A stretch of DNA of 64,000 nt, taken from NCBI GenBank assembly GCA_037440445.1, contig JBBIUA010000005.1, positions 2,816-66,815 on the forward strand. Reading direction: 5' to 3'. The position numbers were made by a program, and so were the translations under genes. A model generated the notes under the pieces. It was not told where the DNA came from. It ran no database searches and saw only the letters and a list, made by a program, of their open reading frames with translations. This DNA comes from Ignavibacteria bacterium. Its GTDB lineage: Bacteria > Bacteroidota > Ignavibacteria > Kapaibacteriales > UBA2268. Shown here in pieces: positions 10,248 to 20,729 of this stretch; within the stretch, counting starts at the first letter, position 1, and each line of letters opens with the position of its first letter.

Positions 10248-10655
10248 ATGGCATTTATCAATTGGAACGACAGTTATTCTGTCGGAGTTCTAAAAATTGA
10301 TAACCAACACAAGCGTTTGGTTCAAATTATCAATGAACTTAGTGATTCTATGGCGCAGGGGAAAGGAAAAGACGTTTTGGGAAAGGTTCTGAATGAATTA
10401 GTAAACTATGTAAATACTCATTTTAAGAGCGAAGAAGAATTAATGGTTAAATATGGATATGAAGATTACGAAATGCATCGATATGAACACGAGAAGTTAA
10501 CTGATGAAGTTAAACGTTTCTACGAAGATTTTAATGCTGGTAGAGCAGTTTTATCTGTTCAAATTATGAATTTCTTAAGAAATTGGTTAATGGACCATAT
10601 AGTCGTTAAAGATAAAAAATTTGGACAGTTTTTAATTTCTAAAGGAGTTAATTGA
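10248..10655 (+). CDS. Bacteriohemerythrin (hemerythrin HHE cation-binding domain)
   Basis: MAFINWNDSYSVGVLKIDNQHKRL... with the H/E/D metal-ligand pattern of hemerythrins. A Shine-Dalgarno site (GGAGGT) lies upstream. Confidence 0.75.
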   Translation: MAFINWNDSYSVGVLKIDNQHKRLVQIINELSDSMAQGKGKDVLGKVLNELVNYVNTHFKSEEELMVKYGYEDYEMHRYEHEKLTDEVKRFYEDFNAGRAVLSVQIMNFLRNWLMDHIVVKDKKFGQFLISKGVN

Positions 10656-12040
10656 AATATCTTTTTTTTACCTTAGTCTCTCTATTCTTTTTTGATACTT
10701 GCTTTGCTCAAAGTATTGAGCATTCCAAGATAATTTCTTTTTCCTTTTTTGAGAATCGTGGATATCAAGTGCTGCAAAGGATATGTGATGAGGCTGGTGG
10801 CAGGCTTTCTGGAACAGAAACCAATGAAAAGGCTTTAAAAATTCTACAAGAAGAAGGGAAAAAAGATAATTTAGTAATTAAATTCGAGAAATTTACATTC
10901 CCTGGGTGGAAACGTGAAAATGATACCGTACTTGTTATTTCACCTGTTTTAAAACCTTTACTTGCTGTCGGTTTGGGCTACAATTCTAAAACAGGCCCCT
11001 TTGATGGAGAGGTTGTATTTGCAAGTTTTGGTTACCAGGAAGATTATGAAAATCTGGATGTAAAGGGTAAAATTGTGCTCGTTATTCAAGAGCGACCTTT
11101 AAATAGAGAAGAGTTATTACGATACGAAGCAATAGAAATTGCAAGTCGAAAGGGGGCTTTGGCGATACTTTTTATTAATGATAAACCTGGTGGTTTGGTG
11201 CTCGCAGGTGTGGGAAACTTTCAAGGAAATCCAAATCCAATACCTGCTTTCAGTATAACTTATGAAGATGGACAATGGTTAAGGCGACTTTCAACAAATA
11301 ATTTAAAACCAGTTGTTCGAATTCAAAGCAATTCGTATTGTTACCAAGCAACTTCTGCAAACGCAATATATACTATTCCTGGGAAAACGAATAAAAAAAT
11401 TGTCGTGGGAGCTCATTTCGATTCATGGATATTAGCCAAGGTGCCAATTGATAATGGTATTGGAATTGCTGTGTTATATGAAATTGCAAGAAATTTGTCG
11501 CAATTTCAGAATTATTATTATACCATTGAGTTTGTTTGGTTTAACGCAGAAGAATTAGGATTATGGGGGTCTAAATATTATGTCGATAAACACAAGGACG
11601 AAGTTTCACTGGCAATAAATCTCGATATGCCAGGCGACCCCATTGGTTTTAATACTATGGGATTTGATTATCTTGATTCTGTGGTTAATGCGGTAATTTT
11701 ACAACTGGATGGTTTCTTTTTGAAGAATGGTGTTGTAAGTAAACCTTGGACAAATAGTGACCATATGTATTTTATGTTCGAAGGAATTTCCACTATCACA
11801 CTTCTTGGATGGATGGATGAACCGATGTACCGTCATTATCACGATTTTGGGGATTCCTTCGATAAGGTAAATAAAAAGTACATTTCAAATGCTTCGGCTG
11901 TTTTATCTTTATTAATATATAATTTTGCACTATCTGAATTTGAATTTCGTCGCTTTTCAAAAGAGGAGATTGTTAAAATTTTAAAAAATGGTGGGTTAGA
12001 AAAACGATTACGTAAACAAAAGGAGTGGAAATTCGATTAA
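10652..12040 (+). CDS. Secreted M28-family zinc aminopeptidase with PA domain
   Basis: Signal peptide is present. GAHFDSW and FVWFNAEELGLWGSKYY are the M28 metal-binding motifs. Its start overlaps the hemerythrin stop (ATGA). Confidence 0.65.
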   Translation: MKYLFFTLVSLFFFDTCFAQSIEHSKIISFSFFENRGYQVLQRICDEAGGRLSGTETNEKALKILQEEGKKDNLVIKFEKFTFPGWKRENDTVLVISPVLKPLLAVGLGYNSKTGPFDGEVVFASFGYQEDYENLDVKGKIVLVIQERPLNREELLRYEAIEIASRKGALAILFINDKPGGLVLAGVGNFQGNPNPIPAFSITYEDGQWLRRLSTNNLKPVVRIQSNSYCYQATSANAIYTIPGKTNKKIVVGAHFDSWILAKVPIDNGIGIAVLYEIARNLSQFQNYYYTIEFVWFNAEELGLWGSKYYVDKHKDEVSLAINLDMPGDPIGFNTMGFDYLDSVVNAVILQLDGFFLKNGVVSKPWTNSDHMYFMFEGISTITLLGWMDEPMYRHYHDFGDSFDKVNKKYISNASAVLSLLIYNFALSEFEFRRFSKEEIVKILKNGGLEKRLRKQKEWKFD

Positions 12041-12163
12041 TATTTGTAAATCAATCGCATAATGCAAGTTGATTTTAACACATTTTGGTTTTCTATTGGT
12101 TTATTTGTTTTATTAGAATAATAAGATTAAATTACATTTCTCAATAATTTACTTTTTCCATAA

Positions 12164-12943
12164 ATGTTTGAAAATGTATATAAAGTTAACTTTGAACTCG
12201 AGGATAAATATTGGTGGTTTGTTGCTCGAAATAGAATTGTATTAAAACTTACTTTCAATTATACAAATTTGTACAAAAAATGCACTGTGCTCGATTTCGG
12301 ATGTGGAACTGGTGGCTTTGCTTCATTGCTGAATAAACATTTCGATGTTATTGGCATTGATACTTCGCCTCTTGCCATTGAATTTTGCCGAAAACGAGGA
12401 CTAAACAACTTATTTTTGGGTTCAATCGATGATTTTCCAGCCAATAAGTTTAATTTGAAAAGCGTTTTTGCTCTTGACGTAATTGAACATATTGATGACG
12501 ATAGAACAATATTAAGAAAATTGTTTTCTGTTTTGCAAAAGGATGGATATTTGATAATTACGGTTCCCGCCTTTTCATGGCTTTGGAGCAACCATGATGA
12601 CTTGCATATGCATAAGCGAAGATATACCCGTTCACAGCTTAAACAATTACTTGAAGAAACGGGTTTCAAGATAGAGTATATTTCATATTTTAACTTCTTT
12701 TTGTTCTTTCCAGCCGTTTTAAAAAGGCTTACAATAAAAGACAAAACCATTGAAGAAACCCCACCAGTTGATCCTGTTCCAGATTTGCTTAATAAAGTTT
12801 TCAGATGTGTATTTGAATCAGAAAAATTTTTGCTACCTTATATTCGCTTTCCTTTTGGACTTTCAATTATTGCAATTGCAAAAAAAATAGGGAATCTTAA
12901 CTATGGCAAAGTCGATAAAAAAGAAAGAAAGAAAAATCTTTAA
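12164..12943 (+). CDS. Class I SAM-dependent methyltransferase
   Basis: Motif I VLDFGCGTGGFA, post-I D, and a methyltransferase type 11/12-like layout. Confidence 0.7.
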   Translation: MFENVYKVNFELEDKYWWFVARNRIVLKLTFNYTNLYKKCTVLDFGCGTGGFASLLNKHFDVIGIDTSPLAIEFCRKRGLNNLFLGSIDDFPANKFNLKSVFALDVIEHIDDDRTILRKLFSVLQKDGYLIITVPAFSWLWSNHDDLHMHKRRYTRSQLKQLLEETGFKIEYISYFNFFLFFPAVLKRLTIKDKTIEETPPVDPVPDLLNKVFRCVFESEKFLLPYIRFPFGLSIIAIAKKIGNLNYGKVDKKERKKNL

Positions 12944-15239
12944 AATCAAGGAATCTAAACCAATTCCTTTTTTGGGTGTGTTTTTTATTTTTCTTGCAAC
13001 CACATTTATTTTCTTCTATGACCAAATCTTTATGAATTCTTTTTTCTGGGAAGATTTTGTTGAATATGTTTTCCCAGTTCAAACATTTGCAGCAAAAGAA
13101 TTTGCGCGGGGACAAATTCCCTTTTGGAATCCCTATACATTCGCAGGAATGCCATTCCTTGCTGATATTCAAGTAGGCTTCTTCTATGTGTTTAATAGAG
13201 TTCTTTCTTTGTTTACATTAACAGGGAATAATTTACCAGTTTTGGCTTTGGAAATGGTGATAATTTTCCATTTTCTCGTTTCTCAATTAGGAATGTATAT
13301 TTTAGCCAGAAACTTTAAAATTTCTTCTTACGGAGCCTTAATTTCATCTATTTCTTATTCTTTTTCGATGCTTATGGTAGTTCATATCATTCATCCAATG
13401 ATAATATACCATTTAGCATGGCTTCCGTTGGTGTTGTATTTCTTCCTGCGTTCATTCGAAGAAGATAAGTTCTTCTTTTCGATTCTTGCAGGATTAGTTC
13501 TTGGAATGGCTTTATTATCAGGCCATCCCCAAACAACTCTGTATGTTTTTACCTTTTTAGGGATTGCTGGTATTTACCAACTTTTTTTTTATTTGAAACA
13601 CAAGATAAAATTGTCTCAAATATTAAGGGCAGTGGGACTTTTTTTTATACCTTTTTTAATTGCTGTTGGAATATTTTCAATTCAGTTTTTCCCAACTAAA
13701 GAACTATCGAAGTATGCTCAAAGGAATGAGGTTTCGTACGAAAAAGCAACCGAAGGTGCTCTTCAATTCAAACAAATTTATACAGCAATTGTTCCTAAAT
13801 TGTTTGGATGGGTAGAAGGTTCAAAACTTGAGAATTCAACATTCTATTTGAGGTTTGGAGACGAACTGCAAACCCATTTTTTCTGGGAAACGGTATATTA
13901 TTTTGGAGTCACCGCCGCCCTTCTTGGATTATTCGCTGTCTTTGTTGGCTATAATAATCGTTACGTTTGGCTAATGATAACGTTTGTCGTTTTTGGTTTC
14001 TTGTATTCTATTGGAAGTGGCAGCCCTCTATTTGAAATAATGTATAAACTTCCATATTTTGGAATTTTTCGCAATCCAGGTCGAATGATGTTCTTTGTCA
14101 TTTTTGGTATGGCTATTCTTGGAGGATTTGGCTTTGATTTTCTTTGGAAAAATGCTTTAAAAAAAGATACATTAATTAAGTTTATAATTCCAATTGTCAT
14201 TGCTTTCATTATTGCTGTTTTAGCATCTTCTGGAACTTTTGCTGATTGGTTCAATGCCCCAGTTGTTTCACATGAGGTAATTAGAGATTCTGGAAGCTTT
14301 GCAGTTGTGTTGATATTAATTGTCACCACCGTCGGTATATTACTTAATAGAGCAGTATTACCACCCTCTGTTGTCGGAATTATTCTAACGATCCTTTCGT
14401 TTGTTGACTTGTATGTAGTTGGTGCCGACTTTAATCGAAATCCAAACAATCCAGAGAAAGCATATGAATTGAAACCAGAGTTAAAGGCAATGCTTACTCC
14501 AAAACCACCAAAAGAAATTTTTCGTGTAAGCTCGCGCCTTTACGAGCCAATTCGATTCCTTGCAATGCAAAGAAATCAGGGTTTGATAGATGGTATTATG
14601 TTGATAGATGGTTACAACCCTTTGATTTTAGAAAGGGTTTTACCGCCAGTTAGTAGTGCAAACTTAGTAAATGACCTTTATAATGTTCGTTATGAAGTTA
14701 AAGTTGATTTGAAAAAGGGCACATGGGGGTTTTTCGAACGACCTAATTATTTACCTCGAGCTTGGTTTGTGAATAATTTCATTGTTGTTAGAGAAAATGA
14801 AATAAAGGATTTTATGAAAAAAAATACAATTGACTACCGCAGAACTGTTATTTTAGAAAAACAGCCAAATTTTGTTAAAAATATTTCTGATTCTTTGGTT
14901 CAAAATTCCGTCGTTTGTTTATACTATGGTTCAAATTATTTTAAATATTTAGTAAATACCAGTAACTCTGCAATTCTTGTTTTCAGCGAAATTTGGTATC
15001 CGGAATGGAAAGCCTATGTTGATGGTATGCCTTTTGAAATTTTACGTGCAAATTATTGTTTCCGTGCTGTTGAAATTCCAAAAGGTGAACATATTGTTGA
15101 AATGAAATTTGAATCTCAATCATTTGTACAGGGCTCATATATAACTATTTTCACAATTTTCCTTTCTGTAATTGGTTTGATTGTTTTTTACAGAATTGAA
15201 ATTGGGAAGCACATTCACATAATTTCAAAAAGAAGTTAA
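12903..15239 (+). CDS. Large polytopic membrane protein, YfhO/GT-C-like (putative glycosyl or lipid transferase)
   Basis: More than 12 predicted TM helices at the N-terminus and a C-terminal soluble domain. It overlaps the methyltransferase by 41 nt. The family call is by architecture only. Confidence 0.4.
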   Translation: MAKSIKKKERKIFKIKESKPIPFLGVFFIFLATTFIFFYDQIFMNSFFWEDFVEYVFPVQTFAAKEFARGQIPFWNPYTFAGMPFLADIQVGFFYVFNRVLSLFTLTGNNLPVLALEMVIIFHFLVSQLGMYILARNFKISSYGALISSISYSFSMLMVVHIIHPMIIYHLAWLPLVLYFFLRSFEEDKFFFSILAGLVLGMALLSGHPQTTLYVFTFLGIAGIYQLFFYLKHKIKLSQILRAVGLFFIPFLIAVGIFSIQFFPTKELSKYAQRNEVSYEKATEGALQFKQIYTAIVPKLFGWVEGSKLENSTFYLRFGDELQTHFFWETVYYFGVTAALLGLFAVFVGYNNRYVWLMITFVVFGFLYSIGSGSPLFEIMYKLPYFGIFRNPGRMMFFVIFGMAILGGFGFDFLWKNALKKDTLIKFIIPIVIAFIIAVLASSGTFADWFNAPVVSHEVIRDSGSFAVVLILIVTTVGILLNRAVLPPSVVGIILTILSFVDLYVVGADFNRNPNNPEKAYELKPELKAMLTPKPPKEIFRVSSRLYEPIRFLAMQRNQGLIDGIMLIDGYNPLILERVLPPVSSANLVNDLYNVRYEVKVDLKKGTWGFFERPNYLPRAWFVNNFIVVRENEIKDFMKKNTIDYRRTVILEKQPNFVKNISDSLVQNSVVCLYYGSNYFKYLVNTSNSAILVFSEIWYPEWKAYVDGMPFEILRANYCFRAVEIPKGEHIVEMKFESQSFVQGSYITIFTIFLSVIGLIVFYRIEIGKHIHIISKRS

Positions 15240-15251
15240 CAACAAAAGGTA

Positions 15252-16517
15252 TTGTTTATGAGTGAAAGTATAAATAAGATTGAGCCACCAATTTGGTTAA
15301 GGTGGTTGGTACTCATTGTAGTTTCTTTAGCAATGTTCGGTAATTACTATGTTTATGATTCAATATCCCCTCTTGCTGATTTACTCGCAAAGCAATTGAA
15401 TTTTACAGACGATAATATTGGTTTATTGCAAGGAATTTATAGTTTTCCGAATATCATTATGGTTGCAATTGGTGGTATTATTATTGATAGGATAGGAACT
15501 CGTCGGGCAAATTTGCTTTTTTCGGCTTTATGTATGCTCGGGGCATTTACAACTTTTATTCGTGGGGATATTATTACTATGGCTGCTGGTCGTTTGATTT
15601 TTGGTTTAGGGGCAGAGTCCTTAATTGTTTCGATTACTACTACATTAGCGAAGTGGTTTAAAGGCAAAGAACTATCATTTGCATTTGGCTTGAACTTAAC
15701 GATTGCTCGGTTAGGTTCTTTTGCTGCTTTGAATTCCCCTACTTGGGCAAAAAGTCTATATGATGATTGGCAGGGTCCATTGTTAATTTCCTTTTTTGCT
15801 TCGGTAGTTTCGGTTATTGCAGTAACAACTTATTTTCTACTTGATTTATGGGCAAGAAATCGATTTGTTCTTGGTGAAGAGAAAAAACAGGAAAAAGTAG
15901 TTTTGAAAGAAACATTTCAATTCGGATCAGCATTTTGGTTCATTACTTTACTTTGTGTAACTTTTTATTCTGCAATGTTTCCGTTTCAAACTTTTGCCAT
16001 CAAATTCTTTCAAGAAGCACATAACGTTTCCAGGCAAACCGCTGGCTTTCTTTCGAGCATCTTAACATTATCTGCAATGATAATGACCCCAATATTTGGA
16101 ATTATTGTCGATAAAGTTGGCCATCGTGCTAAGTTAATGATTTTAGGTTCATTTTTGATTATCCCAGTTTATTTGATAATGGCTTACACTCATATTTCTT
16201 TATTTATACCAATGGCGATAATGGGAATTGCTTTTTCTTTAGTACCTGCTGTAATGTGGCCATCCGTTGCTTATGTTGTCGATGAATCAAAGCTTGGAAC
16301 TGCCTATGGTGTTATGACTATGATTCAAAACATAGGATTGTTTGGTACTAACATTCTGATTGGATTAGTTAATACAATAACCGGTGGTTATAAAACTGGT
16401 ATGTGGATTTTCACTTTTTTTGGTATTTTTGGTGTTCTTTTTGGTTACCTTTTGTTAAAATCAAATCGAAAGTCTACCAGATTTGATTTAGAAAAGCCAA
16501 AATTTAGTATTAAATAA
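15252..16517 (+). CDS. MFS transporter
   Basis: About 12 TM helices with an MFS-like GxxxDRxGxR motif (IIDRIGTRR) after TM2. Confidence 0.7.
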   Translation: MFMSESINKIEPPIWLRWLVLIVVSLAMFGNYYVYDSISPLADLLAKQLNFTDDNIGLLQGIYSFPNIIMVAIGGIIIDRIGTRRANLLFSALCMLGAFTTFIRGDIITMAAGRLIFGLGAESLIVSITTTLAKWFKGKELSFAFGLNLTIARLGSFAALNSPTWAKSLYDDWQGPLLISFFASVVSVIAVTTYFLLDLWARNRFVLGEEKKQEKVVLKETFQFGSAFWFITLLCVTFYSAMFPFQTFAIKFFQEAHNVSRQTAGFLSSILTLSAMIMTPIFGIIVDKVGHRAKLMILGSFLIIPVYLIMAYTHISLFIPMAIMGIAFSLVPAVMWPSVAYVVDESKLGTAYGVMTMIQNIGLFGTNILIGLVNTITGGYKTGMWIFTFFGIFGVLFGYLLLKSNRKSTRFDLEKPKFSIK

Positions 16518-16528
16518 ATGGGTCAATT

Positions 16529-17515
16529 ATGCCAAGAAAGAAAAAAACAGATACAGAAAGAGATATAACTTTAATTGATGCTGCTGAGATTGCACTGAAA
16601 GATTACCTTGGTTTATCTTCTGTAGAAACACTTCTTGTTCTTTCCGATGAACCACTAAGGGAAATTGGTTTAACATTTTTCCAAGTTGGCAAAGGAATTG
16701 CATACGAAGCATTCTATTGTGAAATTAAGCCAAGAAAAGTAAATGGGGAAGAGCCCCCCGAGCAAATAGCTTTACTTATGCAAGAAGTTGATGTTATTAT
16801 TGCCCCAACAAGTAAGTCATTGACACATACCAATGCAAGGCGAGAAGCTACAAAACTTGGTGTTAGAATTGCAACTATGCCTGGAATTACAAAAGATACC
16901 TTGTTGCGTTGCCTCAGTGCCGATGCGTCAAAAATTTTGAAAACTACCGAAACCGTTGCAAACCACCTTAAGAATGTTTCTGTAATTCGTGTTACTACAG
17001 AACTTGGGACCGACATTGTTTTACCCGTTAAAGGTAGGAATATTATTAAAAGCTCAGGAATCTTGAGAAATATTGGTGAATATGGAAATTTGCCTTCTGG
17101 CGAAGTGTATCTTGCTCCTTGGGAAAAGCAGTCTAATGGTTATGTTGTTTTTGATGGTTCTATTGCTGGAATTGGTAAGTTAAGCAAACCTGTGAAAGTT
17201 AAGGTTGAGAATGGCTATGGCGTTGATTTTGAAGGGGATGAGGAAGCAAAAATGCTTTTTGAGATTTTAAAAGAAATTGGCCACGAAGGTTTTGCCATCG
17301 GAGAGTTTGGGATTGGAACTAATTACAAAGCTAAAATAACAGGTAGCATACTTGAAGACGAGAAGGTCCTCGGAACCATTCATATAGCTTTTGGTAACAA
17401 CCAAACTATGGGTGGAAAGATAAAAGCGAAAGGGCACATTGATGGTGTTGTTACTAAACCTAATGTGTATTTCGATGATAAGTTGATAATGGAGGAAGGA
17501 AAATTATTGATATAA
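16529..17515 (+). CDS. M29-family aminopeptidase (AmpS/aminopeptidase T-like, short form)
   Basis: YGNLPSGEVY, EFGIGTNYKA and TIHIAFGNN match conserved M29 motifs. Confidence 0.6.
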   Translation: MPRKKKTDTERDITLIDAAEIALKDYLGLSSVETLLVLSDEPLREIGLTFFQVGKGIAYEAFYCEIKPRKVNGEEPPEQIALLMQEVDVIIAPTSKSLTHTNARREATKLGVRIATMPGITKDTLLRCLSADASKILKTTETVANHLKNVSVIRVTTELGTDIVLPVKGRNIIKSSGILRNIGEYGNLPSGEVYLAPWEKQSNGYVVFDGSIAGIGKLSKPVKVKVENGYGVDFEGDEEAKMLFEILKEIGHEGFAIGEFGIGTNYKAKITGSILEDEKVLGTIHIAFGNNQTMGGKIKAKGHIDGVVTKPNVYFDDKLIMEEGKLLI

Positions 17516-17517
17516 TT

Positions 17518-18471
17518 ATGAGGATAGTACTAATCCTGATTTTGTTAATTCATTATTTTCCATTGTTCTGCCAAAATGACTTATCCTATCCAATTATTAA
17601 TTATAAAATACTCAAATTTGAAAATTACAAGAAATTGAATGCTTTTTTACAAAATTATTATCCAAGTATTAATAAGATAAAATATCGAGTTCTAACTACT
17701 TTAAATAGAAAAGAAATAAGATTTTTTCGACCGAAACAACCTATTGTTGTCCCCGATACATTTGTAGAAGACCTGCGAGCGTATTCTGTTTTTCCTTTAG
17801 AATACCCAGGTGCTCGGGAAATTCCCAAAATTATTGTTGTGTCCAATGTTTACCAAGCTTATGCATGCTATGAATGGGGTAAATTAGTACGATTTGCTGC
17901 GGCGAACACTGGAAAGAAATCTACACCAACATTTCCAGGGCGCTATTCTTTGCAATGGAAGGAGAAACTTCGCCGTTCCTCATTCAACGAAAATTGGATA
18001 ATGCCATTTACCTGGAATTTTCATCGTTTGACTGGCTCGGCATTTCACCAATTCGAAATGCCTGGTTATCCAGCCTCTCATATGTGTATACGACAGTTTC
18101 GAGTTGATGCTGAATGGCTTTTCAATTGGGGTGAAGGTCCAAAGCGTGATTCTTTGGGGAAGATAATTCCTATGTCTGGTACCCCAGTCTTGATAATAGA
18201 TTTTTATGATTTTGTCAATTATCCAAAAAAGTGGCTTGAACTTACCTCAAATCAACAAAAAATCGATTATCTCCCTCCCGAGCCTCTTAATGTGGAAGAG
18301 GCTTTAATTCCAATAATTCTTATTCCACCAGAACTAAGGAAAATTATCCCGAGAAAAGAAAGAATTCGCTATGAAACAGCATTTGATACTCTTGTTTCGC
18401 GTGGAATAATACCTTCGAATTTAAAATTAACACCGTCAAGTCCATTAAATAAAAAGCAAGAAAGTAAGTAA
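17518..18471 (+). CDS. Secreted L,D-transpeptidase-like (YkuD-fold) protein
   Basis: Signal peptide is present. The HQFEMPGYPASHMCIRQF region resembles the LDT catalytic H...S-H-G-C-[IV]-R motif. The Cys is retained, but the Gly before it is Met. Confidence 0.45.
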   Translation: MRIVLILILLIHYFPLFCQNDLSYPIINYKILKFENYKKLNAFLQNYYPSINKIKYRVLTTLNRKEIRFFRPKQPIVVPDTFVEDLRAYSVFPLEYPGAREIPKIIVVSNVYQAYACYEWGKLVRFAAANTGKKSTPTFPGRYSLQWKEKLRRSSFNENWIMPFTWNFHRLTGSAFHQFEMPGYPASHMCIRQFRVDAEWLFNWGEGPKRDSLGKIIPMSGTPVLIIDFYDFVNYPKKWLELTSNQQKIDYLPPEPLNVEEALIPIILIPPELRKIIPRKERIRYETAFDTLVSRGIIPSNLKLTPSSPLNKKQESK

Positions 18472-18497
18472 AACCAAAGTAAGTTTTCAGTCTGTCT

Positions 18498-20027
18498 TTA
18501 ATTTTGTAAACTCAGATTATTATAAGTAATTAGAATATCTAATTCTTTCTTCAATTTTTGGAAAGACTTTTTGGGCAATATCAATTGCATATCTTTTGTG
18601 AAATTTTCGTACAAAATTGGCATAGAAGAAATACTTTCTGCAAAAGAAATAGCTGCTTGTGAAAAGTTTTTAGTTTTGCTATAGAGTTTTCCCAATTGGT
18701 AGTTAATTAAAGCATTTTCTTTTGTTAAATTTTTACAATTTTCAAGGATTTCTATTCCTCTGTCATATTTTTTATAATCAAGTATGAAATTTGTAAATTT
18801 ATCGAGGAGTAATGGGTTGCTGGGATTATTTATCAATGCTTTTTCAAAGAATGAAAGTGCCTTTGAAACTTTTCTAATTTTAATAAAAGTCACGATAATT
18901 ATCAACCAGAAGTCAGAAATTTTGGGTTCAATAATAAGAGCTTTAAGAAAATATTGTTCAGCTTTCTTAAGTTTATTCATATGCAAAAGGCACAAACCAA
19001 CACCGAAGTGAGCAATAGCGAATTCTATAATGAATGAAGCAGAAAGTGATTCCATATTTATTGGATTAATATTAATAGTTCTTTCGAAGGATTCCAATGC
19101 GGAAGTATAGTCGCCAAGTTTAGCATGAAAAAAACCCAAGAGTAAATCAACCTTATTATCAAATGGGAAGAACTGTTGATAAGCTTTAATATTTTCAATT
19201 GCTTCCGTTATTTTCCCAACTTTTTCATATGCTAAAGCAAGATAGTAATAAGCAAGTTCATATTTTGGATCGATTGCAATAGCATTTTTGAAAGCGTCTA
19301 TTGCTTTGTAATACTTTTCTAAATCGAAATAATAAATACCGAGATTGAACCAGAGCCATTCAGAAGTTGGTTCTAATTCCAAAGCTTTTTTATTGGTTTC
19401 TATACATTCGAATGTTTTGCCTTGTTGAAAATATATTGAAGCAATTTCTTGATAAGCATCAAGCCCAAGTTCTTTTGAATTTGTAAGTGAATGGAAAATT
19501 ACTAAAGCTTGGTCGTAATTTTGTAAAGCTTCCAGAAGAATACCCTTGTGAAACAAAACATTTTCATCTGGTTCTACTTCAAGAGCTTTATCGATGACTT
19601 TTAGAGAACTGTCAATATCGCCACTGTTAAAGTATGATAAACTTAAGTTTATTAAAACATCAATGTCCGAAGGATTGAGTTCAAAAGCTATTCTAAGGGT
19701 TTCTTTAGCTTTTTCTAATTCATTCAAACTTAGAAGTATATATCCTTTACGAGCAAGAAGTTCAGTAGAATAAGGGTCAAACGATAAAAGAAAATCGCAA
19801 AATTTCAACGCATCGTCAAATAACTCTTCTTCAATGCAAACTTCCATAACTCCCTGAATAACTTCAAGCTCGTCTTCATTCAATGATTCACCCCTTTTAA
19901 CTTTTCTTTGAATAAAAGAATTCAGTATGTTTGCAAGGAAATTTATTGTTGGATTGAAATCACAATCCTCATTATTACTAATTTCTCGAGAACTTAGGAA
20001 CTTCATTTGGAAAAATTGATTTTTCAT
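18498..20027 (-). CDS. TPR-repeat protein
   Basis: Multiple 34-residue TPR-like repeats (W-LG-Y-A-F-A-P patterns) along the whole protein. Confidence 0.6.
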   Translation of the reverse strand: MKNQFFQMKFLSSREISNNEDCDFNPTINFLANILNSFIQRKVKRGESLNEDELEVIQGVMEVCIEEELFDDALKFCDFLLSFDPYSTELLARKGYILLSLNELEKAKETLRIAFELNPSDIDVLINLSLSYFNSGDIDSSLKVIDKALEVEPDENVLFHKGILLEALQNYDQALVIFHSLTNSKELGLDAYQEIASIYFQQGKTFECIETNKKALELEPTSEWLWFNLGIYYFDLEKYYKAIDAFKNAIAIDPKYELAYYYLALAYEKVGKITEAIENIKAYQQFFPFDNKVDLLLGFFHAKLGDYTSALESFERTININPINMESLSASFIIEFAIAHFGVGLCLLHMNKLKKAEQYFLKALIIEPKISDFWLIIIVTFIKIRKVSKALSFFEKALINNPSNPLLLDKFTNFILDYKKYDRGIEILENCKNLTKENALINYQLGKLYSKTKNFSQAAISFAESISSMPILYENFTKDMQLILPKKSFQKLKKELDILITYNNLSLQN

Positions 20028-20096
20028 CTATTTTAATAAATATCAAATAAAATAAATCAAAATTACGCAAAAAAAACTAGTTGAAATTAAGTTTAA

Positions 20097-20729
20097 TTAA
20101 TCTTTTTTTCGTGTTAAAGATTTCCGAAGTTCATCGAGATTATAACAAAAAGGTATGAAATCAAATGTTAGGAGAGCATTTTGAATTTTACCTTTCGCAG
20201 TTTTAAAGTTATTCGATTTAGTTAAAGGGGAAGAAATTAATACAACAAATCGGTTTGTTTTGATTGAAGCAAAAATATGTCTAATAACAGTTTCATTTGA
20301 AGTATCTTTTTTTGATAGAATTGGTTCAAATTCCCAAAATAATGCATATTTGCCATTTGGGAGCATAATTTTATTTGGTTTGAAGTCTGGGATATTTATT
20401 CCGAGTTCTTTAACGAGATATTTCATTTCGAAGTTAAAGTGTTGCATTAAAGTATCAACATTTGAATATGGACTAAAAAATGCCGAAATTGGGACAATAG
20501 TGAATTGAAATATCTGATTGTCAATAGAAAAAATAAGTTCCTCTGGTTCGATATCGATAAGTTTATTCCCTTCGATTTCTATCTTAAAACTTTCTAAAGA
20601 GTCATTAAAAACAAAAAGGAATCCTTTTTTCGATTTAAGAATGGTTAAACCGTCCTCATTGGTTTGGAATGAATAGATAATCCCTTGTGCAAGAAGGAAA
20701 AATATTAATAGAGAGATAAGATTTTTCAT
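20097..20729 (-). CDS. Hypothetical secreted protein
   Basis: Signal peptide and no recognisable motif. It overlaps the upstream CDF transporter gene by 4 nt. Confidence 0.4.
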   Translation of the reverse strand: MKNLISLLIFFLLAQGIIYSFQTNEDGLTILKSKKGFLFVFNDSLESFKIEIEGNKLIDIEPEELIFSIDNQIFQFTIVPISAFFSPYSNVDTLMQHFNFEMKYLVKELGINIPDFKPNKIMLPNGKYALFWEFEPILSKKDTSNETVIRHIFASIKTNRFVVLISSPLTKSNNFKTAKGKIQNALLTFDFIPFCYNLDELRKSLTRKKD

